The position numbers were made by a program, and so were the translations under genes. A stretch of 64,000 nucleotides of DNA from the human T2T-CHM13v2.0 reference genome, Homo sapiens. The DNA lies in the NCBI RefSeq assembly GCF_009914755.1, contig NC_060930.1; one strand, 5' to 3'. The notes below the pieces were generated by a model. The model saw nothing but the letters and a program-made list of their open reading frames with translations, did no database searches and was not told the origin of the DNA. Of the stretch, positions 40,460 through 54,522 are shown in pieces; the stretch's first letter is position 1; every line of letters begins with the position of its first letter.

Positions 40460-40646
40460 TAGCCTCCTGAGTAGCTGGGACTAAAGGGACTTGCCACCAA
40501 GCCCTCCTAAAATTTTTTTGTATGTTTTTGTAGAAATGGGGTCTTGTTATGTTGTTAGGCTGGTCTCGATTCCTGGGCTGAAGTGATCCTCCTGCCTCAG
40601 CCTCCCAAAGTGCTTGGATTACAGATGTGAGCCACTGTACCCAGCG
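40460..40646 (-). mobile_element. Partial AluJ created by the tandem duplication, not by retrotransposition
   Basis: Shares private mutations with the 39566-39845 AluJ ('gggacttgccaccaagccct', 'gttatgttgttaggctgg'). Confidence 0.9.
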
Positions 40647-41544
40647 AAGTTAATTAAAAAAAAAAAATCAGACAGGTGCAAAAGATATAGCAATAGAATC
40701 TTTGGGATTTTAAGTTTAAGAATCTTTAAAATTTACAATTTAAGAATGAAGATGATGCATTAAGTAAAGACAATGAAATATGGCTTAGAAGTTTAAATCT
40801 CAGGCATACATGACAAAATTAGAAAATTTAGGAGAGGAAACTGGTGCTTATAAAAGACGATAAATTAGCCTTAGAGTATGTTGACTTTGAGGAGTTGGGA
40901 GGGCACTCCACTGGTTGAGAGGGCACCCCATTTAATGACAAGAAACATTAAATGAAATCAGAGAAGTGGAAGATCAAGTGATTAGAGGATGAAGAATCAT
41001 TTGCAAGGGAGTAATAGTAGTAGTCCTGAGAATGACGGTCTTAGATGAGAAAGATACTACAGAGACAGAGGGATAGGTATTATTGTATTAAGAGGTTGTG
41101 AGAAAGTGGGGCTCTTGAAAGGGGCTAGAAGGAAGGGTCAGATAAATTAAAGAATAAAAATATTAGTATTATGGATGCCAAAGAATGAAAGATTTGATAT
41201 TTTCATGGAGATAGGCTGTTCAATTTTTTAAAATATTTTATTGGAGGCCAAGAAGGAAGGGAGGGTGACTATTAGAAATGCCAGTTTTGAGGAGATGATC
41301 AGTGAGGAGTGGGAGGTTGGAGATTGTATCTGTTTTCTTCACTATGTCACCATCACCTACTAGGGGCCTCACATACATGAACTATATAGTAAATATTTTT
41401 ATGAATGAATTCATGGTGAAAACCAGATTGCTAAAGTTCAATAAATGAGTTGGTGACAGGTAATTAAAATTAGAGAATGTAGGCTGCTTTTCTAAGATAT
41501 TTGCAGTGGTACAAAAATTATATCATGGACATATGTTACTACTA

Positions 41545-41720
41545 CTAATAGCTAAGATTTATTTGTAGCTTTTTATTATTTCATTAGATCTCAGCAATCC
41601 TATGAGGGAGGTACTATTATTATCTCTATTTTAAAATTGACAAAACTCAAGCATAGAGAGATTAATAAATTTGCTGAAAGTCCTATAGCTGGTCACGGAA
41701 GAAGCTAGGATATATCTGCT
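41545..41720 (-). mobile_element. MIR fragment
   Basis: 'cagcaatcctatgagggaggtactattattatctctattttaaa...gcatagagagattaataaatttgc'. Confidence 0.65.
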
Positions 41721-44700
41721 CATATCATCCATCTACTTAAAATTCTTCATTAGATTCCGCATTGAATCCTAGTGTCTACCACAATGTCTGTCACACTGAG
41801 GTGTTTGTTACCTTCCTGCTCATGAAGAGACTGAGACATAGAAATCAAGCCACATGGTCAAGACCTGACAGAGTTAATTTTAGTGGTGGAGATAGAGGTT
41901 GACTCAGGCGCGTTGAGTCCAGAGCCCCTGTTTGTAACCACTGTACCACACTGCCTCCAATTACTTTATGCCTGACATGTATGGCTATGTATGAGATTGA
42001 GTTTTGATAGAGTATTAAAAAACAGAATTAGAAATAGTAAATTAGGAGAAAAGTAAGTGATTAAAGCAGCAAAGAATGTGATGACAAATATTAAGTCTGG
42101 TAGGAGTGGCAGAGTGGGAGAAGTGTAGATAATTCAAATTCTTGGAGAAACAGGGGTTCTGAGTGATGTTGAGATCGGAGACGTGTGCACTAGTGGATGG
42201 GTGATGATGGGTAGAACTGCAGGTTATGAATGTTGAACATTTTAACACTTATGACACGAGGGTGTTAAAAAGACTGAATGAGATGAGCTTTTGGAAACAA
42301 ATTTAGACAAAGAATTCTTTTTTCCAGGCGCAGTGTCTCAGAATTATTGATAGGATCACATGTTACATACTAATGCTATTCACATGATGGGGATGATCGT
42401 CTGGGAGTTTATCTGTGGCAGGTGCTAAATCCCATGTTGGTGTCTTCCAGTTCTACAGCTGTGAGTCCAGAGAAGTTCTTCTAGATGTAAGTTCATAGGA
42501 TTTGCTTAAAAAAAGATCTACAGAACCTAGTCCCACACCTTATAGGTAGGAATCATTCAGTAAATATGTGCATAATGGAAATTGTGCTTGGTAAGGGGAC
42601 TCCTCTTTCTTCTGAGAAAATGTTACAGCAGGTACCCTCCATTCTTTAATACTTTCTTAAAAGATGTTGATTAATAACTTTCCCAAAGGAAGTCATTTGA
42701 GGGACATGTATTCAGTTCATATCTAAGGGATTTTGTTTGGAATTTTAGTGATCAAGGTTGAGATCTCATGGGTAACAGAAGACACTATGTATTCTGGTAT
42801 TCTATTTAAATAGGACTCCCCTTGAACTTATTGCCACAGTGCACCACTACCTCAAAGCCTGAAATACAGAAACTTGAAATTCTTCCCACTGCTCTGGTGT
42901 CTTTCAATGCTTACTTGATGAAACAACCAGTTAATGTATAAGTACAGCTACTGGACTGTGGATTTCAGAAAGAAATGTTCCAAGAATTAGTAGTAGTTAT
43001 AACTGAAAAGACATAGCCTGACTCTAAGGAGAGAACTGCATTTGAGATTCATTAATCTTACAGGCTGGATTTTTTTCCCCTTCACCCACATGGACACACA
43101 CACATATGCACACAGGTACACATATACCCTTTCCTCAATGAATCTTTTATCTAAAAACTTGATGTTTTTTCTAAGGCAGACTGCACATCAGGATACATGT
43201 AGGACCTCGTGTGATATAAAACATAATTCTTCTTCAACAGGAGACATTTCTTTAGACTCTGATTCATTACTCATTCAGGAAGTTGGGAAAGAGGCAATGA
43301 AAGGCAAAAATGAGCCACATTTTAACATAACAGATAGTCAACTTCCATAGACTTTTGTGTCCTCCTTCAGAGATTTTTTCCCCTCTTCGAAACTTTTGCA
43401 GATAAAGTTTTTAACTATGCTGTATTAGCCTCAGTGATAACCCAGTGAGGGTCAGTCTATAACTGCCTCTTGGATTGCAAGAGAACAGAAGTTAGAGTCG
43501 AACTAATAGCATGCAGGGAGTTCAGTGCTTTTGCTGCTTTGAAGCCTGTCTGTCAATTTTTCTTAAAATACACACGTACATACACTGCCTTCGGTCCTTT
43601 CACTGACTGATTAATGTGGCTCTGTTCCTCCAGGCTAACACATACCGCACTCTCCTTGTTTCTAGCAGCCAAGCCCCTCTGGTGTTGCCCAAATTATACC
43701 TGGTTCTCTTCTACGAATTATTGTGATGATTAAGAACGTTTGATGATATACCATTTTTTGGATTCCAGACCTCCTGTCAGATAATAGAGTCAGAAGAGTG
43801 GGGCTGCTACAGTTATTCCATATCAATACTCTGAGTTCAAATAAAGTGTCAGGATGACTAAGTACAAGGGATTTGTGGAATGCTTTAATGTTGCCTCATT
43901 TCAAATCACTTCATAAGCAGCCTGGAAATGAGCTCAATAAATTCTGTTGGAGGAAAAAAAAAAAAAGAGCCCTGTATTCACTACAGAAAAAGTAGGTTGC
44001 TATTTTATAATTAGGCCTCTGGGCTGGTGGGAAGGAGTCTTATTTCCTGTTTGAAAGCCACTTTGTAAGCTCTGTGATGTGGAGATGGCTAAATGAGTAT
44101 GAAATATTATAATTAAGGACATCACAAGCTGTTTATCTTATCAACAGTGTTTTTCCTTAAAGGCTGCCTCATTGACCACTTGTGTATTATAACCACTGTT
44201 TTTTCATGATTTGCCAGTTGTAACCAACAGAGGTTTATCTGGCTCTAAGGGGGCAAAGAGGTGATACGGATAGCAGCCCAGCAACAGAAGTTACTGAGAG
44301 ACCTACATTGCTTTTATTTTGCTTGGATCAGGCATTCTTTTCATTAACTGCAATAAGCTGTTTGTTTATGGAAAGAAGTGAGTTTGCAAAAATTTGACTG
44401 AACCTGGTGAGGGCGTGTTACATGCTGCCCAGGGCCAGGCTGTGAGTGCTGTCTTGGACATCTCGCCCAGAATTGTGTTTTTGTTTCAAGGCTAACACAG
44501 AAAACCAGTCTTACTTTGGGAAAGGAGAACTGGTTTATTATTGATTGGATGGAAAGCAAATGGCCAGGTCTGTAGTCTCCACTGTAATTTAAAAGGCTCT
44601 ATATTATGATAATCTTTTGACCTGCCAACTTTCTTGTTTTCGTTCAACAGTGGGAGAGTGGGTCTTGCTCTTCTGTACTACTCTGATTGACAATTCTCAC

Positions 44701-45088
44701 CAGGTTCTACTGAAAAGATCTAGATCATAGCCATTTGTCTCATAAGCCATTTGGCTGAACTGAAAGATCAAATCATGTATTCACAACATTTTGCCTTAGT
44801 GTTGATTTCTAAAAGATCCTAGTTCTTAAAAAACACAGCAAAAATCTAATGTGTTCTTTAGATGCAGTTGGTGTAGCTGGACATTCAGTATTTGTTGGTA
44901 CTTGGCAAAATGATGGAGAGTGACAGGTTTTTATTCTAAATTCTATCCACAAACCTGCTTTGTGCTAGAATCTGAAAGCCCCTTCTATATTCATGATTTC
45001 TCTGCCATTTCTCCACTAAAATCTTTTTATGTATACAACAAACAGCTTTATGAAATAATGATAAATTTCATCACATTAGAAGTGTTAA

Positions 45089-45438
<350 letters not shown>

Positions 45439-45857
45439 TTATGGTTTTGACCTTTGTGTACTGCGTAAACACATCAGGCCAAGAAGTGAGTGGAGAATAA
45501 AATCTAGTTTACACTCACTTCACGTAGCTCTGCACCTTGGGACAGGTTTGGATTTGCATGGGGGCATGGGTTACTTTTTCTAAATTCACTGCCCATAGAA
45601 CATGCCTGTGCCTAATTTGCACAAAAGCACCACATAAGCTAGAGCTGGGCTCCATGTTACTTCCCCTAAAGTAAAAAGAAATAGATCTATAATAATAGCT
45701 TTTTCCTTATCACGGGGGTTTTTCCGAATACCAGGGCTCCTGAAATAACCTTATATAGACAGAAGCTGACTTTGCTTATATGCATAATTATTAAACAAAC
45801 ACATTGTTTGTAGAGAATGCCAACATGTAAGCTATTGAATGACACCATATTCCAGAA

Positions 45858-46167
45858 CACAGGTTGGCAAACGTTTTCTGTAATGAGCCAGACATTAAAT
45901 ATTTTAGGATTGCAGGCCATCCGGTGTCTGTCACAATTGCACCTCTGCTATTGTAGCACAGAAGAAGCCATAGAAAATCCAAAAATGAATGGGCGTGCCT
46001 TTGTTCCAATAGAACTTTATGTATGGATGCTGAAAGTTAAATTTCTTACACTTTCCACATGTTACCATTTAAAAATGTAAAACCCATTCTTAGCTTGAGA
46101 GTCACACAAAAATAGGCTGCAGGCTAGATTTGGCCTCTGTGGCCAGTAGTTTGTTTGCCGATCCCTA
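45858..46167 (+). mobile_element. MER58B (hAT-Charlie)
   Basis: 'ggttggcaaacgttttctgtaatgagccaga...ccatttaaaaatgtaaaacccattcttagct...gtagtttg'; near-TSD ttccagaa/ttctataa. Confidence 0.85.
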
Positions 46168-48255
46168 TTCTATAAACTTGCAAGTAAGGCTTTTTCTTTT
46201 TCTAGAGGCTGGAATGGGGTAAAAGAAGAATTCTCTGAACTCTTCTGCTCTTTGGAATGAGCATCTTAACCTCACTGACAATACTTTGAGACCCTGTCAG
46301 ATTATCAAAGGAGGAAATGACAAAGAGGTGACATTTTAAAAAGCCTAATTTATTTTAACTTTTATATCTATTTAGTTGTTTTTAGGAAGTAAAGCATAAT
46401 ATTTCAATATTATTGAAATACAAGAGAGGATCACCATGAATTGAGATGTACCTGTTCAGAAATCATGCTTCCTGCCATCCAACTGCTAAGAAGTCCTATT
46501 TGATGTCAGCATAACTCTTTTACTCATTCATTCACTTACTCGTTTATCAAATACTTGAGCTCCTGCTTTGTGGAGGACCCATGACTTGCTTAAAATGAGG
46601 GGAAGCACAAATCATAGGAGAAAGCGTGAACCCCTAGGAAGTCCCAGAAGCAAGAGGTGAAGTGCAACAGCTACAGAAGGCTGGGAAACAGCCACCAACA
46701 CACGGCCTGGCTTGTGAGTTTGTCCTGTGAACAAATGTGGCACACACCCTAGGAGGAGAAGAGATGGAGCCCCAAATGACAGCAGAATGTAAACAGCAAC
46801 TCAAAGCTACCCCCAAAAGAATATCATTCAAGTGTTCACTCGGAGCTTTTACCTACAGAAACTGACATCTTAGCAGCTTAATATTCTACAATGAAGGACA
46901 GTTATACTTTATATGCATATCTGTCAGGAACATAAGCCTGAATTGTTTTCTCTTTTCTCCTGAGAGTTCCATATTTTTAACAAGTTCCTCTTTCCATCTA
47001 TAGTTGATGCCCTGATTTTCTGCCATGCTCGATGCATTCTTTCATTATTTCCAGGACAGTTCCTCCGAAGTAACGCCCTATCACCACGCCACCTCATCAT
47101 TACCTTGCACATGGGTAGAATTCCCTGACAGAGAAATGTGTAATTGCACCTTGGTTTTTCAATGGAAACATTAATTGAATTGAAAAAGAGAAGAGTTAAT
47201 CTGACTTATTATAGTTACCCCAAACCCTGGCAACTTTCACAGAAATGAAATACATGGGGAAGAAAAAAATTATTCTGACTCCAAAGTGCCAAAACATCAA
47301 GATGAAACATAAAACATGAAAAATGCAGTCCACTGTCCAGATATTTTGTCTTTTAAATGGCATGCATGTTGTATTTGCTAATTTAGCTGCCTTAAAACAT
47401 ACATTAAAATCTACCTAGAATACGACAGTGACATAAATGTATTAATTGTATGTAACATTTGTGGAGGTCTTCGTATTTTCTGATGTTTTTCACATGCCAT
47501 ATTTGACTAATAATCAGTGAGGTATGAACATCAATTCCATTTTACAGAAGTGGTAATTGAGGGCCAAGATGTGAAGGGACCTGCCTCAACTCAATTGGCA
47601 GGAAGTCCAGGCAGGGGATGAGATTTCAGTCCAAGTAAGTCACAGGTTCCTGTGATAATATGGTTGTTATACCATATTATCTTTTTATTTGACAAAATTG
47701 CACTAAGACTGCCATTAGCTCCCTGTGTGAGTGTGATCAAAGAAACTAAGCTATATAAGCTACAGCCTTTGATTTTTAATTGTTGTTATTTGTAGAGTCT
47801 TTTGTTGAGAGTCTCAACTCATCCTATAAGCTCTCTGCTACCTCTGCCCCCAAAATGTTGAAACCTGGGCTAAGATTATTTTAGTTGTTACCTGATGCTT
47901 CCCTCGCCCAAGAACTTAAATAATATGGCATATTTAAAGTATTTGAATATCAAAAGGTTCAGCAAAGCCAAGTGTCTCGTATAGTATTAGGCAGATCTAC
48001 CCTGGGCATTGGGTGTAATAATTTATCATTATGGGCAGATGCATAATTAGTATCATTTCTAATGACACAGAGATACAAATTTCATGTTTGATGCGATCCT
48101 GCCAAATAATTTAACATGGTGCAGTTAAAAAATGACATGGATCATGTATTTGGTTAGCGGTCTGTGAGGGAAATGAGAGTAAATCTGATTTCAGCCCCAT
48201 CAAGATGGGGCATCCCCTGCATCCAGCAGCCTCATATGAGAATGTTTATTTAAAA

Positions 48256-48274
48256 GGGTGGGGGTGGGGTGGGG
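48256..48274 (+). other. G-quadruplex motif
   Basis: GGG-T-GGGGG-T-GGGG-T-GGGG: four G-tracts with 1-nt loops. Confidence 0.7.
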
Positions 48275-51200
48275 TGTATATGTGAGACTGTGGTATGCTT
48301 AACTGCTTTCCACATCTAGAATAAATATTTACCTAGAGAAAAATCTTCAAGACATTAAGGAAGACAACAGTTCTCTCTCTTAAGACAGAGAAACACATAA
48401 AATCACAGGCATTTGTGGGCTGTCAGAGTCCCATGTGATAAACACTGGCACTTTCATGCACATTTTTGCATCTCTGCTGGTACCCTCTGCACTAACATCC
48501 TGCAGGTCCTCTTCCCTCCCCTTTACAAACTTAGACAAACAATATGACCATCTTAACTTTAAAAAAGGGGGCAAACCAGGTCCAGGGAAGATGCAGTGTA
48601 GGGTTTTTTTTTTTTTTTTCTCAATCTTTTCTTCTGTTCCCTAATCCTGGACCTCACTTTCTCCACTGAGAGGCCCAGGAGGTCACGGTTAGTAAAGATA
48701 TGAAATTAAATGAATGACAATCCTGTGTAAATGGAGATATTTTCCAAGGAAAGTTGCTGTTTTGCTTGTTGAGTCACTGATTAATTCAACAAACATTTGT
48801 CAAATGATTATCTCTCAGTGGCTATGCTAAGCACTGGTGTGCCAACTTCCACTGACCACCCCTAAATTGAATAAACAAATCATAGCCTAGTGGGACAATG
48901 GACACATAAGTGACACAATTAAGATACAGTATGATGAGGGAGGTGCTATGCATCATTAAACCAAAAGGGAGGAAAATTAACACAGACAAAAGAGAGTAAG
49001 CTGAGGTTTCTTGGAGGAGAGAAACACATAGACTCATAATGTGGGGCTTCTACCTGCCAGGGCTTCTGCTTGAAGCTCATCTTCCATCATCCTGGGGCTT
49101 CCCAGTGGGGGACTCGCATTTGTCACTTCTCTTTTCTTGTTTTACCCTCAGCCGTGGTGCTGCATCCTCTCTGGCTTCTGCTCACTGAGGGGCAAAGCCC
49201 ATGAGCTGTCACTGCTAAAGTCTGCAGGGGAAGCTGTGGTTGTAATTCATATGCTAGTGCTGTTGGACTGACTGAAGCCACCGTCTCTGGGCTAGACCTA
49301 GCACAGGCCTCGGCACTGAATAAAGGCTGCTGAAATGAATTGGATTGCTGCTCATCCCTTTTATCCCCTGCTTGAGCCTGCTGCAACATTAATTTTGAAT
49401 GATGGCTTTCCCCACTGTTCCTGCTGCCATCTACGGCATATGCCACCAATCAGAGAAGATGTATGCTCTCACTTTCTCTCAGGGGAAATAGCTCTGAAAG
49501 TTTTTTGGTTAGCTGATCCCTCTCTTCAGAATGCAGGGGCATCTGGGCAGTGGATTCTTCTCCTGCTCTAGTCAGGAGAAAAATAAATAAAAGCCTCACT
49601 TCTGACCCCAAAGTATTGGCTTTGGACAAAATTTTTGTGGCTCGATGCTCCCTTTCCAAGAATAAAATCTTTTTCAAGACTATATCTAGTCTGTCATGCA
49701 AATAGAATTCAAATGGCTTAGCAAAGCCAGCCCTCCAGATCCCTGCAGACACATGGAATTCTCCAGAGAATCCACTTTAAAATCAAAGAAGTGTAAAAAG
49801 TAAAAGTAGGGGAAAAACCACAGAAAGGCGGGGCACAAAAAACGATTGCATGGAGAGCAGAGGACTTATTATCCCTACCTAATGTCATTCTCCTGCACCT
49901 CAACATTACAGATTCTCCGATTCAACTCCTAAAAGAATCTTTTCTTTGTCCAAAGGGAGTAGGTACTGGCTGAAATTTCTGAAGGAAACTCATTGGTTTT
50001 GGGTCTTTTCCCCACTTGGGTCACTATGAAAACTAACTGATGTGACGCTGCCTTTAAGTAGATGAACAAAAATAAGAGTTTGGGATTGGTCCCCTGCAGA
50101 GTGGTGAGAAAGAATAAGAATGGTTAGCTAAGGTGATTGTCCTACAGGAGGTTTAATATATTTCTTTTTTAACTAGGGAAAATCTGGTCCCAGATGAAAC
50201 TCCAGAATACCATAACATTTAGAATAGCCTAATATATAGCAATGACTTTTAAATTTGGTGATAGAAGATGACTTGTAATTAAATATCAGTGACTGCTTTT
50301 ACATAAAATATTTGCATACTTTTTTCCTGATGGTTTCTTTTTGCAAATATCTAGAACCCTTGGCTTGAATGATGACTTTCATGTTAGAATTGATATCTTT
50401 GGGGTTTCTCTGAATATAACTGGGCACATTTTAGACGTACAACACTTATTTGTTAAATTACATTGAATAACATTTGAAATTATATCGTTTACTTGGCTTA
50501 AACCCTTGGACTTTCAAGGAACAGATTACTGTAACTCAGCAATGTTTTAGCTACAAAATAAGAAGTGTGCAGCCTGAACACAGTTGCTGTCTTTTTATTA
50601 TTTCTCATTTTGATACATTTCTTATGCTGTTGGCTATTTTATTAGTACCCCCTGTTGCAAAATATTTTTCTTTAGCGTTGTATCTTAATAACCATCAAGG
50701 TGGCTTACCCAGGGTTTTCTAATGCTCAGCACGCCCAGGAATTGTAATATGGTAAATGTCATGTGGGCAAAGTGATTGCGTTTAAAAAAAAATCTGTCAG
50801 TGACTGCATTTTTTTCCTGTTATTTAGGCATATTGATAATATATAGACAGCCTCCTTTAGGAAATATGTCATGATTTTTGATGTATCTTTTCTTATCGAT
50901 TATAACTTAGAATTTTTTAAAAAGTCCTTTAAAAAATCCATATCTAAATTTGGAAGGCCGAGTTTTGTAATTTCAAACACATTACTCCATTTTTAGAAGT
51001 GCCTTGTTTGATTAAGCTCATTAGCTTGGGTATATGGGCAAAAGCCATTGCAACTAAATTAATTTTGTATAAAACAATTGTTGTTTCTTATCAGCTTCTC
51101 TTTCAATGTGTTCTTCTAAGTGAATATTTTACGTGGGAACAAATACAAACACAGTTTTTATCATCTTGTGACGTGTAAAGGATGATAGACTATATGTTTC

Positions 51201-51440
51201 CAATATAACTTTTATTTATACAACCATTATTTACACAATGTGTGGTTATATTTATTATTTATTGTTTTCACCACCCCTCATTCCTCAAAAGCTTAGAAAC
51301 AGCTTACAATAATATATACAATGATATGTGATGCATATACTTTGGAAAATTCATTAAGAATCTGCCAAATTAATTCAATACTGATAAATGTTGTAAAGAT
51401 AATAAATGCCTGTTATTATTTTGAGCTTTTAGGTCACTGT

Positions 51441-51445
<5 letters not shown>

Positions 51446-51475
<30 letters not shown>
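51446..51475. repeat. (AT)15 microsatellite
   Basis: Seen directly. Confidence 0.95.
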
Positions 51476-51477
<2 letters not shown>

Positions 51478-53270
51478 CACTGAATACGAAATCATAGTGG
51501 CAGACCTCTTGGCTTACAAATGGCTAATTATATTCATTTCCTGATTATACTTGGGGGAGTCATTGCTGATTATCTTCTGCAAATCTTGCTTTGTGAGTTC
51601 TATTGACATTCAAACAGAATGGGCTATAAAGTCATTTGTGGTTATTACTCAACACCTTTTGTCTAATTTCCCTTCCCCATGTAGCCTATCACCCAGCAGG
51701 AGATCTTTCATGTCAAAGTACTTAATTACCTCGCCCGAATCAGTGAAGGTTAAAAACAATACAAAACAACCAAACAAAACAATACAAAAAACAAATATGG
51801 CATATTTATATAGCTTTTTTACCCTGATTCATAATTTGCTTTTACATGTTTGACTGGAGGCTAATTTCAGAGCTCAGTGGAAGTCAAAGAAGCTGTCTCG
51901 AAGGCAAGGCAAATCTAAGATATTACCACCTGTCTTGTTCTTGGAGCCCTGCCCTGTTGGGAGGTCAGGAGACCATGAATTGGGAAAGAAAGATGCTATG
52001 TCTGCCACATGTTTTATGAAACAGTGGTGTGTGTGAAGGTACTCATGTTTATGTATACGTTAAAGAGAGCAAACATCTTATTTGTGTATGTATGGATATG
52101 TGCATTGTATGTAAGTTTGTATGCATACGTGAAAATAAATAAAATACAAATAAAATAATTCAATTAAATGCAATCTGTGTCCTCTGTGGGCAAATAATGA
52201 AGACTTACACCGTCTTATATTTTTACCCACTATATAATGCTGTGTCTTTGTAGATCTAGAGCAGATAAAGCCCACTGGATAGGTATAAATCTTTATTCCC
52301 CAATACCAGAACATTTTTCCTCAAATGAATTCTATTTTTTTTCCTTGCAGCTGTGAAGCTTTTCTGGATAAGGGTCAAGGATATCCTCATGACTAAATGG
52401 TAAGCTTTTTATTTAGAAACGAAGATTTACTCCCCTAGTCCTGCTCATCACCAAACCAAATCGTTTTGTGTTTCTCTTCTTTGCAATATTGCACATAGCG
52501 AATTTCGTATAAATATTCCTGTGAAAGGGAAATTTCTCCCTTTCCTCTTCAAGGCTTTTACTTGTAGAATACATTGTTGGTTTGGATGCTGTTACTGCTC
52601 CTGACCTCCTCCCCTTGTTTTTAGAAGCACCATGTGACCCTAGAAAGGCAATGCTTTGAGTGTGTTTCTACTTCACCTGTGAGAAAATCTAATGTATTTC
52701 ATCATTAGACTCCTGTGGAAATATACAATGAAAGTAGGGGAACTGGTTAGCGCCAGAGGCAAAGTACTACTAACTCATCCCAAAAGATTGCTTTTTGATT
52801 AAGGGGCTCTTGCTGTAAGGTGCTCAGTCTTTCTTGCAGCTGATATGAACTGCTATTCTTGGCTGTATAACCTAAGTTGAACATCTGATTTTTTATTTTA
52901 AAGAAACAGCAATTATATTAAGGAGTCCTCATTTGAGGTATAATTCTTGAAAATTTCAAGTAGAATTCAATAAGCTGACTGAACATTATGCCAAAGAGTT
53001 AGGCAGAAATTCGTAAGGGAGAGAAGGTGGTGGGGAAAGATAGAGGGAAATTCTACCCTAAATGTTTCACAGGTAAATGGGACCGTGTCAAAGATAATTC
53101 AGACTAGAAATCTGCTCTGCTTTAAGAAAATGAATGGTGGTCCAATGAAAAGCTGAGCTTAAAAAACATAATTTTTTTCTTCTTTCTCACATGCCCTGAA
53201 GAGTTAAAATAGCTTGTTCTTAGTTTTGTGACGAGAGAGAGAAGGAAGGGAAAGGGAGTAGGGGTAAACC

Positions 53271-53402
53271 CAGGGCAACTATATAATTTATTGTCCAAAC
53301 TAGGATGCTTTTGGAGTTAAAGGTACTCTAATAATAATTACACCAGATTAAAGGCATAAATCAGGACTCTCACAGGCAAACTGGGATGTTTGGTGACCCC
53401 TG
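53271..53402 (+). mobile_element. MER94 (hAT-Blackjack MITE)
   Basis: 'agggcaactatataatttattgtccaaactaggatgcttttg...ggcaaactgggatgtttggtgaccc'. Confidence 0.8.
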
Positions 53403-54135
53403 GGAAGTACAATGAATGGGGCTTTATGTCCCTGGTCTTTTAGCCTTGCTGTGACCATGAGCTCACAGTGGAAGCATCATTTCTATTGATGGCTTTTTTT
53501 TCTTCAAGGTTTCTGATCATAAACTGTCTGTGGTATAGGCAATCTCAATTATACTTTGTGGTGGGATAGGTTTTCTGTTCTTGGCATTCTGTTATTAGAT
53601 TAACAAGCATTTTATTGTTTCTTTTGTATATGAGCTTTTCATATTTGGCACAATTGGAATGTGAAAAAAGAAAAAGTATTTAATAGGACAGCTGAAAAAG
53701 AACATCAAAGCCCACTATTTGAGTTATCTTTAACTGTTAGCTATCTTTTGTTCTTCAGAGCCCATCAATCTATGAATTCTGTCTCTTTTCTTTATATAAT
53801 GATACTGTTTTCTCATTTTCGCTGGGAAAGGAAGAAGGCAGAAAGAAACTTGTTGTGATTGTTTTCTAAAAATCCCAGTGATTTTTCTTTCGCAGTAGGG
53901 CTTTTTCAAAAATGAAATGTATAATAATTTTAGTATATAATTTTGGCCTGACATGATAGCCTTTGACATTTCTTAAACAAAGTTTGAAACTAAAGAGATC
54001 AATTTGAAGCAAGGGTGATTGTGTACTAACATTAGGAAGATGTACTTTTTTTGGTTTTATTCATCAGCTTTAGGGCTTTTAGATGGTGGCTTTCAGTCAC
54101 ATTTTTTATGAAAAAACAAGACTCATGTAAATAAC

Positions 54136-54522
54136 TGCAAGGATCTTGTATCAGTTCGAACCCAGAGAGCGTGCCAACAAACAACACATGTGATGTGGAG
54201 CAACACGCTGTTTTAATGAGCGCCTGGGTGCAGACGGGCTGAGGCCTAAAATGGCATCAGCACCAAACGAGGATGGGGCAGGGGTTTTATAGTCTCCTGT
54301 AAACAGGAAATGTCTCAGTCTGATGTAACTGCTACGCGGTACCCTGATGGCCTCTCTCTGGGTCTTCAGGGGGTACCTGTCTTTGGGCCAGCTCTCTTCC
54401 TGCTTCTGCTGTCTTGCTGACACACGCTGCTGGCGCAAGTAGTCTTGCACCTTGGGACTGAACCTGAGAAAGGAGGAGTTATTCCTTCTCTTAAGTTTTC
54501 AGGCCCCGGGGAGAATCCTTCA
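54136..54522 (-). mobile_element. LTR18A solo LTR (ERVL)
   Basis: TG...CA termini, 387 bp, perfect 5-bp TSD ATAAC (54131-54135 / 54523-54527), minus-strand TATAAAA (54291-54285) and ATTAAA (54217-54212). Confidence 0.88.

Noticed and set aside
54151-54450. 99-aa ORF
   Set aside because: Lies entirely within the LTR18A solo LTR
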